Shown here: positions 20,582 to 30,158 of the stretch, piece after piece
Layout of the letters: every line of letters begins with the position of its first letter
Numbering within the stretch: the first letter of the stretch is position 1
Translations under genes and position numbers: made by a program
Assembly: GCA_963929525.1 (NCBI GenBank)
Contig: CAWVJB010000011.1
Span: 4,762 to 68,761 of the forward strand
Reading direction: 5' to 3'
Source of the DNA: Bacillota bacterium
Lineage (GTDB): Bacteria; Bacillota; Clostridia; TANB77; CAG-508
DNA: 64,000 bases
Notes under the pieces: generated by a model
Databases searched by the model: none
Told to the model about the DNA's origin: nothing
The model's input: only the letters and a program-made list of their open reading frames with translations

Positions 20582-20884
20582 TTATTTAAATATTTTACTA
20601 ATAAAACTGTTTTTATTTTTTTCAACTTCTTTATTACTGTATGCTAAATAAGATATATTTCCCTCAACAATTACTTCAGAAGTATCAATACTTAATTTTG
20701 TAATTCTAAGGTTTTCACCTTTTATCGTTAATAAACCTAGTTCAGTTTCTACCATGATCACTTGATCATCAAAGCTTAAAACATCTAAGACACCTGATAT
20801 ACTTAATTTTCCTCTATTTTCTAATATTAAATTTTGAACTACCGCTGTATTGATTGTTTTTCTCTCATCTATCATCATATGCAT
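20582..20884 (-). CDS. yabP: Sporulation protein YabP
   Basis: LILENRGKLSISGVLDVLSFDDQVIMVETELGLLTIKGENLRITKL is a typical YabP/YqfC fold sequence. Confidence 0.85.
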   Translation of the reverse strand: MHMMIDERKTINTAVVQNLILENRGKLSISGVLDVLSFDDQVIMVETELGLLTIKGENLRITKLSIDTSEVIVEGNISYLAYSNKEVEKNKNSFISKIFK

Positions 20885-20943
20885 ACCTCCAAATTTTTAA
20901 TCTAAATTATATATATTCAGAGGTTGTCTATTTTAGAACTAAA

Positions 20944-21226
20944 AATGTCCATTTGGGGACGTTTCTGTTTGGGACATTTTTATGTAAATCTTTTCTCGAA
21001 GTTTTAAGACAAATTTATATTTATTTAAAATTACAAATCTAAAAAATATAGAATATAAAATCATTATACAATTTTTTATCGGATAAATTGTTTCATTTTT
21101 TTATATTCTATATTTCTATATTCTATTTAATTTTAAAGAAAAAAACAAATCGTTTTCATCCTTTTCTAATAATTTATATAATTCACATAAAAATGTCCCA
21201 AACAGAAACGTCCCCAAATGGACATT
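20944..21226. mobile_element. MITE-like element, family D copy 1: 42-bp perfect terminal inverted repeats flanking a ~200-bp AT-rich palindromic interior
   Basis: Left arm aatgtccatttggggacgtttctgtttgggacatttttatgt (20944-20985), with its exact reverse complement at 21184-21226. The same arms occur at 60747-61039. No transposase inside. Confidence 0.75.
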
Positions 21227-22193
21227 ATGCAAATATCTCATGATGCAATTTTTCTAACATTTTATCACTAACAAATGTTTTAAATGTAATAGAAATTTTA
21301 CTTTCAGAGACATTAAATTCTAACATTTCTAATTTGTTTTGCTTAATAAAAGTAATTGCTTTTGTGATAGCATCTGTATTTCTAATGATTCCGTTGCCTA
21401 TAATAGATATTCTTGATATATCTTTTTTTATGATACTTTTGATTTCATTTTTTTCAATTTTTTGATTAGATATGACGGTTCCGTAGTTATCATTAAATGT
21501 TGATTTCGTAATAATTGGTATGCTATATTTTTCTCCAATTTCAATACATCGATTATGCAATACTTTTGCACCTTCATTTGACAATTGTAACATTTCATCA
21601 TAAGAAAGTTTGGTTAATTTTTTTGTTCCTTGAACTTTGTTTGGATCTGATGAATAGATTCCATCTACATCAGAGAAAATGTAACAATTTTTGGCTTTTA
21701 AAGCTGCTGCAACTGCAACTGCTGTTGTATCAGAACCTCCTCTGCCAAAAGTGGTTATGTCTAGATTTTCATTAATTCCTTGAAATCCTGTTATAATGAC
21801 AATGTTTCCACTTTGTAATTCTGAACAAATTCTTTCCGTATTGATGGTTTCAATTAATGCATCTTGATTGGTGTTATTAGTATAAATACCAGCTTGCCAT
21901 CCTGTTAAAGATATAGAAGGAAATCCTAAACTATTTAATAAAATACTTAATTTAGCAGCTGACATTTGTTCTCCACAACTAACCAATGCATCTAATTCTC
22001 TTTTGTTAACCTCTTCAGTTAATTCATAAGCCTCATTTATTAGCTTATCTGTTGTCTTTCCTTGTGCTGATAAAATAACAACAATGTTTTGATTGTTATT
22101 TTTGAAATCAATAATTTTGTTGGCAACGATTTTTAAATTTTCATTATTAGAAACAGAACTACCTCCAAACTTTAAAACAATTATGTCCTCCAT
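21225..22193 (-). CDS. Aspartate kinase (short form with a single ACT-like C-terminal domain)
   Basis: Start MEDIIVLKFGGSSV (SD aaggtg). Amino-acid kinase fold motifs (GRGGSDTTAVAVAAAL, DVDGIYSSDP). The stop codon overlaps the last bases of the family D repeat arm. Confidence 0.85.
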   Translation of the reverse strand: MEDIIVLKFGGSSVSNNENLKIVANKIIDFKNNNQNIVVILSAQGKTTDKLINEAYELTEEVNKRELDALVSCGEQMSAAKLSILLNSLGFPSISLTGWQAGIYTNNTNQDALIETINTERICSELQSGNIVIITGFQGINENLDITTFGRGGSDTTAVAVAAALKAKNCYIFSDVDGIYSSDPNKVQGTKKLTKLSYDEMLQLSNEGAKVLHNRCIEIGEKYSIPIITKSTFNDNYGTVISNQKIEKNEIKSIIKKDISRISIIGNGIIRNTDAITKAITFIKQNKLEMLEFNVSESKISITFKTFVSDKMLEKLHHEIFA

Positions 22194-22287
22194 ATTGAGC
22201 ACCTTCTTTATTTCTTAATAATAAAAAGTTAAATTTATTTAAATTTAACTCTTTACATTATATTCGATTATGCTAAAATATGTCAAA

Positions 22288-23389
22288 TTATTTAGAAAAT
22301 TTTAAATAACTTTCCATGAAATCATCTATTTTTCCGTCCATGACAGCTTCTACATTTCCTACTTCATAATTGGTTCTATGGTCTTTTACCATGGTATATG
22401 GACAAAATACATAAGAACGAATTTGACTTCCCCAAGCAATTTCTCTTTGCTCTCCTTTTAAATCTTCAATTTTTTCTTTATGTTCTTTTTCTTTTAAATC
22501 TAATAATTTTGATTTTAACATTCTCATGGCTGTTTCTCTATTTTGTATTTGAGAACGTTCAGATTGACAGGCAACAACTGTATTAGTTGGTATATGTGTA
22601 ATTCTTACAGCAGAAGATGTTTTGTTAATATGTTGTCCTCCTGCACCAGAAGCTCTATAAGTATCAATTCTTAAATCATCTGGGTTGATGTCAATTTCAA
22701 TATCATCTGTGATTTCGGGTAAAACTTCTACTGAAGCAAATGAGGTATGTCTCCTTCCCCCACTATCAAATGGAGAAATTCTAACTAATCTATGTACTCC
22801 CATCTCCCCTTTCATATATCCATAAGCATATTCACCTATAATTTCAAAGGTAACACTTTTTATTCCTGCTTCTTCACCTTCTAAATAATCTAATTCTGTT
22901 ACTTTATATCCATTTTTATCTGCCCATCTTGTATACATTCTGTATAACATCTCTGCCCAATCTTGTGATTCGGTTCCTCCTGCTCCAGGATGGATGGTTA
23001 CAATGGCGTTATTGGCATCATATTTTCCAGATAACAAAGTAGCAATTTCTAATTTTTCTATTTCTTGTTCTAAATTTTTTGTGCTTTTTATAATATCTTT
23101 TGCAATTTCTTCATCTGGTTCCATATTGGTTAGCTCTGTTAATTCGTTTAAATTTTGTATTTCGCTTTCTATTTTTCTATATTCATTTACTTTATCCTTG
23201 ATATTTTTTATTTTTGCTAATACTTTATTTGAATGTTTTGTATCTTGCCAGAAGTCTTCTTTTAGAGTTTCTGCCTCTAAATCTTTTAATTCTTTTTCTA
23301 ATTTAGAAATGTCAAAGTGACTCACCCAAATCTTGTAATTTTTGTTCTAATATTTTTAGAAGTCTTGAATTTTCTTCTAATTCTAACAT
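22288..23389 (-). CDS. prfB: Peptide chain release factor 2, with the programmed +1 frameshift
   Basis: ORF1 is MLELEENSRLLKILEQKLQDLGESL, then CTT TGA C. The +1 frame continues DISKLEKEL... with the SPF and GGQ (ASGAGGQHINK) motifs. Confidence 0.95.
23311..23317 (-). promoter_or_regulatory. prfB: prfB programmed +1 frameshift site (CTT TGA C)
   Basis: The minus strand reads ggt gag tca ctt tga c. The SD-like ggtgag lies 3 nt upstream of CTT, as in the canonical autoregulatory site. Confidence 0.9.
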
Positions 23390-23584
23390 GTTACCACACT
23401 CCTATCTTTTATTACTTATAAATAACCATAATTAGGTTCTAACACTCCAATAGTATTAGGAATATTCAGCTCTCTATGTAAAATTTTAAGAAACTCCTTA
23501 GAATTTCTATATTTTTTATATATAAAGAGATGAGTCATACCAATTGCTGTTGCAATAGTGTCGATAATTGCTCAACAAAATCTT

Positions 23585-24865
23585 TTATATTCTTAACTTA
23601 AATGTTTTAGGTGCATATTTATATGCTAAAAATAGCGAAATTAAGCTATAAGCTATACAAAATACTATTGTTGCAATTCCAAAGCCAAATATTGGCATCT
23701 TTATTTGTATCATATACCAACTAACAATATATGTTAAACCTTGTACCAGTTTATATGTACTACTTTTCATTTCTGTACTTACATTATATGGTTGTAACAA
23801 ATAATACATTACCAAATAATGTACTGAAAAGAATGTACTCATTGCTATAATTGAAACAAATAGTATTGCATAATTTAAAGGATTATCTGTTCCACCAGAC
23901 AAGTATAATAACAATGCTAATCCTCCACCTATAAGAAATGCTGGTAATAAATTTATAGTTATTAATGTTTTTAATCTCTCTTTAAATATTCCTAAAATAA
24001 CTTTTGGTGTTCTATATATTCTATATGTTAGCATACTATGGTCACAATTCATAAACATAGCTTGTGTTACTGATGAACTTCTATTTATTAGATACATGAT
24101 AAAAACAAAGTATGGTAAATATACAAGTAGTATTTCGTTTGTTTTAGTTTTAAAGTTTTCATTCATTGTTATTCCAATAATCATTGCTATAATTATTACT
24201 AATATAATTACTGATTGTTTTTTTACTGCTTCTGTTAATATCTTTCTATGTCTTTTTACAAATAAATCATGGAAATATGCAAACCCTGACTTATTACTTA
24301 TATAATTCTTATCTAATTCTATTTGTTTTAAACTTGTATCTTTCATTACTTGTGTTCCAGTTGCTTTTTCTTGCATATATACATTTGATTCTGTTAAGAT
24401 TTGTTTATACATCTTTCTATAATCTTTAAAACTATGTATTTTTATTAAACTGTATATTCCAAGCACTATAGCAATTATAGAAATACATAAGAAAATTGTA
24501 CTATTTATTGTAATTCCTAAAAAAGGCAAGCCATAAGCAAGTAATATTTGTATGTTATATGGCTTTGTTACATACTGATCTGCTCCATAATTTAGGCTCA
24601 TTAATTCATCTATTTCATTATCTCTACTTGTTACCATTATAATTGGAACATCTGATGTTTTTCTAACTTCTTTACATACAAATTCTCCATCTGTATATGG
24701 TAAATTAATATCTAATAATATTAAATCTGCATTTTCATTTAATATGTCTTGAATTGAATTATTAAATTTTTCTAGTCCTTTTGCGATAAAACCATGTTTA
24801 GTTAAAAATGTTTCTAATTCTTTTCTTAATTTTTTATCATCTTCTACTATCAATATTTTTTGCAT
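23585..24865 (-). CDS. Chimeric ORF: OmpR-type response-regulator receiver domain fused to the C-terminal ~300 aa of a polytopic membrane (putative ABC-exporter-like) protein
   Basis: REC motifs are intact (ILIVEDD, DLILLDINLP, PIIMVTS, YVTKPY) up to ...NIQILLA. The sequence then runs directly into TM segments, with no winged-helix DNA-binding domain. Confidence 0.65.
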   Translation of the reverse strand: MQKILIVEDDKKLRKELETFLTKHGFIAKGLEKFNNSIQDILNENADLILLDINLPYTDGEFVCKEVRKTSDVPIIMVTSRDNEIDELMSLNYGADQYVTKPYNIQILLAYGLPFLGITINSTIFLCISIIAIVLGIYSLIKIHSFKDYRKMYKQILTESNVYMQEKATGTQVMKDTSLKQIELDKNYISNKSGFAYFHDLFVKRHRKILTEAVKKQSVIILVIIIAMIIGITMNENFKTKTNEILLVYLPYFVFIMYLINRSSSVTQAMFMNCDHSMLTYRIYRTPKVILGIFKERLKTLITINLLPAFLIGGGLALLLYLSGGTDNPLNYAILFVSIIAMSTFFSVHYLVMYYLLQPYNVSTEMKSSTYKLVQGLTYIVSWYMIQIKMPIFGFGIATIVFCIAYSLISLFLAYKYAPKTFKLRI

Positions 24866-24940
24866 ATTTAATCGCATTCCTTCCTAAAAGTATTGTACCA
24901 TACTTTTTAAATTTTTAAATGACAAATATGTAAGATAATT

Positions 24941-24970
24941 GTGCGTTAGCGAAATCAAAGATTTCGACGA
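24941..24970. repeat. Family C hairpin, copy 3 (gtgcgttagcgaaatcaaagatttcgacga)
   Basis: Near-identical to 10303-10332. It contains the last codons and the TGA stop of copA. Confidence 0.6.
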
Positions 24971-27169
24971 ACTTTTTTTAACCTTAATGTATTTAAAATT
25001 ACAGTTATACTACTAAATACCATGGCTAAACTTGCAACCATTGGGCTTATAGATATTCCAATTGGTTTTAATATTCCAATTGCAATTGGAATCATTAAAA
25101 CATTATAAAAAAATGCCCAAAATAGATTTTGTTTTATAATTTTTATTGTTTTTTTACTTATATCTATTAAATGTAAAATACTATTTAAATCGTTTTTAGT
25201 TAAAATAACATCTGAGGAATCCATTGCTATATCTGTTCCACTTTTTACACTAACACCAATATCTGATGTTGCAAGTGCTGGACTGTCATTTATTCCGTCT
25301 CCACACATCATAACATATTTATTTTCTTGTTTTAGTTTTTTAATTATATTTGTTTTTTCGTTCGGCAATTCATTTGCAATTACTTCGGTTATTCCTATTT
25401 CTTTTGCAATTTTTTCTGCTGTATCTTTGTTATCTCCAGTAAGCATAATTGTATCAATATTTTTGTTATTTAATTTGCTTATTACTTCTTTGCTATTTTC
25501 TCTTACAATATCATTTACTCCAATTAGTGCTATTATCTTTTCATTTTGAACAACATAAACAATACTATTTCCTTCGACTGCCAATTCCTTCTCATCTTTT
25601 TTATATATGTTTTTTATCTTATTACTTTCTAGTATTTTAGAATTTCCTATAATAAATTTTTGCTCATCTATTCTACCTATAATTCCAAATCCACTTACAT
25701 TTTCAAATTCTTTTACTTGTAATGTTTCTAATTTATTATCTTTTAAGTAATCTGTAAATGCTTTTCCTATCGGATGTGTAGATTTACTTTCTATTGTTCC
25801 CACTAATTGTAGTAGTTTTTTATCACTCATATTGCTATAATTTTTTATTTCTGCAATTTTTAATGTTCCATAAGTTAATGTGCCTGTTTTGTCAAACACT
25901 ATTGTATTTACTTTTTGTGCATTTTCTAATATTTCGCTTTTTTTAATTAAAATTCCGGTTGCTCGCACATCTTCCTTCTGATACTACTATTGCAAGTGGT
26001 GTTGCTAATCCTAAGCTACAAGGACAAGCTACTACTAATACAGTTACAAATGTTATTAATGCATTTTCAAATCCATACCCTAAAATTAGATATATAATAA
26101 ATGTTATTATACTAATAGCAATAACGATTGGTACAAAATATCCAGAAATTTTGTCTGCAATTTTTGCAATTGGTGCTTTTGTATTGCTTGCTTCTACAAC
26201 TAATTTTACTATTTCTGATATAGTTGACTCTTTACCTATCTTTTCTGCTTTATATTCTATATATCCATCATAATTTATACTTCCTGCAATTACCTTATTA
26301 CCAACTCTTCTGGTTATAGGCTTACTTTCTCCTGTGATAAAAGATTCGTCTATATGAGTTTTTCCCTCTACTATTTCGCCATCTACTGAAATTCTTTCTC
26401 CTGGCTTACTAATTACTATATCTCCTTTATGTACTTCATCTATTGTAACTGTTTTTTCTTTTCCATTTACTTTTATCGTTGCACTTTCTGGAGTAATTTT
26501 TACTAATTTTTGTATAGCTTCTTTTGTTTTGTCTTTACTAATTCCATCTATATATCTACCAAGTTTTATAAAATAAATTACCATGACAACTGATTCAAAA
26601 TATAAATGATGTATAGCTTCATTATTTCCTTTAAAAAGCAATATCATATTATATAAACTATAAAGGAAACTACTAATTACTCCAATTCCAACTAAAGTAT
26701 CCATATTTGCAGTTCTATGTATTAAATTTTTATAACCATTTTTTAATATATCAAACCCATATATCATAAAAATGATTGCAAATGCAAATAAACATATTGT
26801 ATATCCAATAGGATTTTGATTTACATCAATTATACTTAAAGTTGGCAAATTAAGCATGTGTCCCATTGCTATATACATTAAAATTATTGCTAGTATTGTA
26901 AAAATAATAAATTTAACCTTTTCTTTCTTATTTTTTCCTTCAATTTTTATTTCTTTAAATTCTCCTAAACTTTTAAAGCCTGCTTTTCGTACAAATTCGT
27001 TAAGATTATTAATATTTAAAATTTTTTCATCATACTCAATACTTGCATTAGCCATTACTAAATTAACAAATGCTTTATTTATTCCCTCTTGTTTGTTTAA
27101 GTATTTTTCTAATCCATTAGAGCAAGCACTACAAGTCATCCCTTCTATTGATAATACTATTTTTTTCAT
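24955..27169 (-). pseudogene. copA: Copper-translocating P1B-type ATPase CopA, split into two ORFs by a +1 frame change at a CGG codon (25957-25955)
   Basis: The N-terminal ORF has the HMA motif GMTCSACS and the CPC motif, and ends ...SEGRCASNRNFN*. The +1 frame continues GILIKKSEILENAQKVNTIVFDKTGTLT...GDGINDSPALA. Confidence 0.9.
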
Positions 27170-27229
27170 TGTTGATTTGTTATCCTCCCTTCTATACTAT
27201 CAGTAGGTTGAAAAAATTATAAGTGTTTT

Positions 27230-27436
27230 TCAACTATTAACTTCAAATCCAATGTCTTCTATTACATCTTCCATAACTTTTCTTTCTATATTTTCATTTG
27301 TAAGTATTTTTACTATTCCTGTTTTATAATCAGCTTCTACTTTTTCTACACCTTCAATTTCTCCTAAAGCATTTTTTACTCTATTTTCACATCCTCCACA
27401 TACCATACCTTTTACATTTATAATTATTTCTTTCAT
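27230..27436 (-). CDS. copZ: Copper chaperone CopZ (heavy-metal-associated domain)
   Basis: 68 aa with GMVCGGCENRV, a ferredoxin-like HMA pattern. Confidence 0.9.
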   Translation of the reverse strand: MKEIIINVKGMVCGGCENRVKNALGEIEGVEKVEADYKTGIVKILTNENIERKVMEDVIEDIGFEVNS

Positions 27437-27445
27437 TTTTTATCA

Positions 27446-27602
27446 CATTCCTTCCTAAAGGCACAAATCTGGTTGGAAAAGAATTAAATTTTGGCTAGGA
27501 AAACGAATTTGAAATTTATGAGGCATATTTTTTGTACGTTGATTAAATTTCAAACGAAGTTCTCCACTGCGCGACGCCAAAAATTGTAATTATTTTTCAA
27601 TC
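27446..27602. repeat. Nested palindromic element, family F long copy, in the copZ leader
   Basis: The 37-nt block cattccttcctaaaggcacaaatctggttggaaaaga is shared with 49375-49411. Outer imperfect palindrome ggttggaaaagaattaaattttggc / gccaaaaattgtaattatttttcaatc. Inner palindrome cgaatttgaaattt / aaatttcaaacgaag. Confidence 0.55.
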
Positions 27603-27616
27603 TTTAATACCTCTTA

Positions 27617-27910
27617 CTAATTATTAAATTTTTTAAATAAGTTTATAAGTTCATCTATCACTTCCAGATCTCCGTTTTCTAAGTCTCTTATTACACATGT
27701 ATACAAATGCTTTTCTAAAATGTGATTAGATAAACTTTTCACAGAATTTTGAATTGCAGATAATTGAATAAGAACATCTTTACAATAAGCATCTTCACTG
27801 ATCATCTTTTTTACACCTCTTAATTGTCCTTCTATTCTATTTAACCTGTTATTGATAATTTTCTTTTCTTCATCTGCTCTATATGTTTTTTTCTCCAATA
27901 TCATCACCAC
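27617..27910 (-). CDS. csoR: CsoR-family copper-sensing transcriptional repressor
   Basis: RLNRIEGQLRGVKKMI...YCKDVLIQLSAIQ...H....C pattern (DUF156). The exact start is uncertain (a GTG/ATG cluster close to the SD). Confidence 0.88.
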   Translation of the reverse strand: MVMILEKKTYRADEEKKIINNRLNRIEGQLRGVKKMISEDAYCKDVLIQLSAIQNSVKSLSNHILEKHLYTCVIRDLENGDLEVIDELINLFKKFNN

Positions 27911-27922
27911 CTAATATATTAT

Positions 27923-27939
27923 ATACCTTGTAGGGGTAT
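27923..27939. promoter_or_regulatory. Candidate CsoR operator (ataccttgtaggggtat)
   Basis: A GC-cored pseudo-palindrome ATACC-N-GGGGTAT immediately upstream of csoR, resembling known CsoR boxes. A second ggggtat lies 10 nt further upstream. Confidence 0.45.
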
Positions 27940-28041
27940 ATTGTAAATAAGGGGTATCTATTTTTTTATTTACTATTTTCAATACTCTGAGTCTTTCGCA
28001 AAAAAGAACTATCAGTTTTGAAGTGATAGCTCTTTAAAAAT

Positions 28042-29889
28042 TTATTTTATATTTTTTACTCTTAATATTCTTAAAGCATTTATGATTGCAATAATAGAAA
28101 CACCTACATCTGCAAATACTGCTTCCCACATTGTAGATATACCAAATGCTGCAAGTATTAAAACTGCTATCTTAATAAATATGGCAAACACAATATTTTC
28201 TTTTACTATTCTCATTGTTTTTTTAGATAATTTTATTGCTTTTACAATTTTAGATGGTTCATCTGTCATAATAACTATATCTGCTGCTTCTATTGCGCTA
28301 TCTGCTCCTAAGCCACCCATTGCAATTCCTATATCTGCTAGAGCTAAAACTGGGCTATCATTTATTCCATCTCCTGCAAATGCTAATTTTCCCTTTTTTG
28401 ATTTTTCTTTTAATAATTCTTCTACTTTTTCTACTTTTCCATCTGGTAACAGTTCTGCATATACTTTATCTATTCCAATCTCTTTACTTACACTTTCTCC
28501 TACTTCTTTTTTATCACCAGTAAGCATAACTGTTTTTCTAACATTGTTTTTCTTTAATTCACTTATTGCTATTTTAGAATCTTCTTTTATTGTATCTGCA
28601 ATTAATATATATCCTACATATTTTCTTTCTATTGCAATATATAAAATAGTACCTATATCATTACATTTTGTAAATGTAATTTGGTGTTCTTTCATTAGCT
28701 TTTCATTTCCAATTAAAACATCTTGTTCTCCTATTCTTGCTGAAATTCCAAATCCTGATAATTCTTGAGCTTTAACTATTTGTTTTTCATCTATTTCTTT
28801 TCCGTATGCCTTTTTTATAGATTTTGAAATAGGATGGTTTGAATAATATTCACTATATGCTGCCATTTTTAATAATTCTTCTTCAGATATTCCAACTGGT
28901 TTTACTTTTTGTACTTCAAATACTCCTTTTGTTAAAGTTCCTGTTTTATCAAATATAACTGTTTCTACATTTGATAGTGCTTCCAAATAATTACTTCCTT
29001 TTATTAAGATTCCCATTTTAGAGGCTCCACCAATTCCACCAAAGAAGCTAAGTGGAATAGAAATTACTAATGCACATGGGCAAGATACTACTAAAAATGA
29101 TAATGCTCTATACATCCAATCACTAAAACTTTGACCAGAAATAAAAAGTGGTGGTAAAATTGCTAAAAATAAAGCAATAATGACAACTATTGGTGTATAA
29201 TATTTTGCAAATTTTGTTATAAAATTTTCTGATTTAGATTTTTTACTACTTGCATTTTCCACTAAATCTAATATCTTACTTACTGTTGATTCTCCAAATT
29301 CTTTTGTTACTTCTACTTTTATAACTCCATTTAAATTAATACATCCACTTAAAACTTCATCACCTTCAGTGGCTTCTCTTGGCATACTTTCGCCTGTTAA
29401 GGCTTTCGTATCTAATGTAGTTTTTCCTTCAAAGATTATGCCATCTAAAGGTATTTTTTCTCCTGGTTTTACAATTATAGTTTCTCCAATTTTTACTTCA
29501 TCTGGACTTACTTTTTCTACTTTTCCGTTTCTATTTACATTTGCATAGTCTGGTCTTATATCCATTAAGCTTGCTATTGATTTTCTTGATTTATCTACTG
29601 CATAACTTTGGAATAATTCTCCTATTTGATAAAATAACATTACTGCTACTGCTTCTGGAAATTCTCCAATTGTAAATGCTCCTATTGTTGCTACTGCCAT
29701 TAAAAAATTTTCATCAAATACTTTACCTCTAATGATATTTCTTAATGCCTTTCTTATGATTTCAAATCCTACTATAATATAAGATATAATATATAATGTA
29801 TTATTTATCCATACATTTTCAAATTTTATAACCATAGAAAAAACAAACAAAATTAATGCTATAATTATCTTAATTAATTTTTTCTTCAT
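28042..29889 (-). CDS. Heavy-metal (Cd/Zn/Co-type) P1B ATPase lacking its own N-terminal metal-binding domain
   Basis: 615 aa with CPCALVISIP, DKTGTLTKG, MLTGD and GDGINDSPVLA motifs. Confidence 0.9.
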   Translation of the reverse strand: MKKKLIKIIIALILFVFSMVIKFENVWINNTLYIISYIIVGFEIIRKALRNIIRGKVFDENFLMAVATIGAFTIGEFPEAVAVMLFYQIGELFQSYAVDKSRKSIASLMDIRPDYANVNRNGKVEKVSPDEVKIGETIIVKPGEKIPLDGIIFEGKTTLDTKALTGESMPREATEGDEVLSGCINLNGVIKVEVTKEFGESTVSKILDLVENASSKKSKSENFITKFAKYYTPIVVIIALFLAILPPLFISGQSFSDWMYRALSFLVVSCPCALVISIPLSFFGGIGGASKMGILIKGSNYLEALSNVETVIFDKTGTLTKGVFEVQKVKPVGISEEELLKMAAYSEYYSNHPISKSIKKAYGKEIDEKQIVKAQELSGFGISARIGEQDVLIGNEKLMKEHQITFTKCNDIGTILYIAIERKYVGYILIADTIKEDSKIAISELKKNNVRKTVMLTGDKKEVGESVSKEIGIDKVYAELLPDGKVEKVEELLKEKSKKGKLAFAGDGINDSPVLALADIGIAMGGLGADSAIEAADIVIMTDEPSKIVKAIKLSKKTMRIVKENIVFAIFIKIAVLILAAFGISTMWEAVFADVGVSIIAIINALRILRVKNIK

Positions 29890-29909
29890 CTTTCTTAAAC
29901 CTCCTCTTA

Positions 29910-30131
29910 CTATATTTTTTCTATTGTTACATCTGGTTCTTCTCTTTTTATAACTTTTTTTACTTTTTTTATAATTTCATCTTCCTTATTTTCGTCATAG
30001 TCTAATTCCATTCTTTCTGTCATAAAACTTATATTAGCATTTTCTATCCCATCTATTTTTTGAATTGCCCTTTCTAACTCATTAGCACAATTTGCACAGT
30101 CTAATCCTTTAATTTTAAATTTACTACTCAT
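29910..30131 (-). CDS. Stand-alone heavy-metal-associated (HMA) domain protein
   Basis: 73 aa with GLDCANCANELE (CxxC). Lies immediately upstream of the ATPase, corresponding to a split-off N-terminal domain. Confidence 0.8.
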   Translation of the reverse strand: MSSKFKIKGLDCANCANELERAIQKIDGIENANISFMTERMELDYDENKEDEIIKKVKKVIKREEPDVTIEKI

Positions 30132-30158
30132 TTTATATACCTCCCATGTTATTTAATA

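Noticed and set aside
28082-28768. 228-aa plus-strand ORF (and 28293-28523) inside the Cd/Zn ATPase gene
   Set aside because: It is antisense to a gene with unambiguous P-type ATPase motifs, has low-complexity I/S/F-rich translation, and has no SD. It is a typical shadow ORF of AT-rich DNA.
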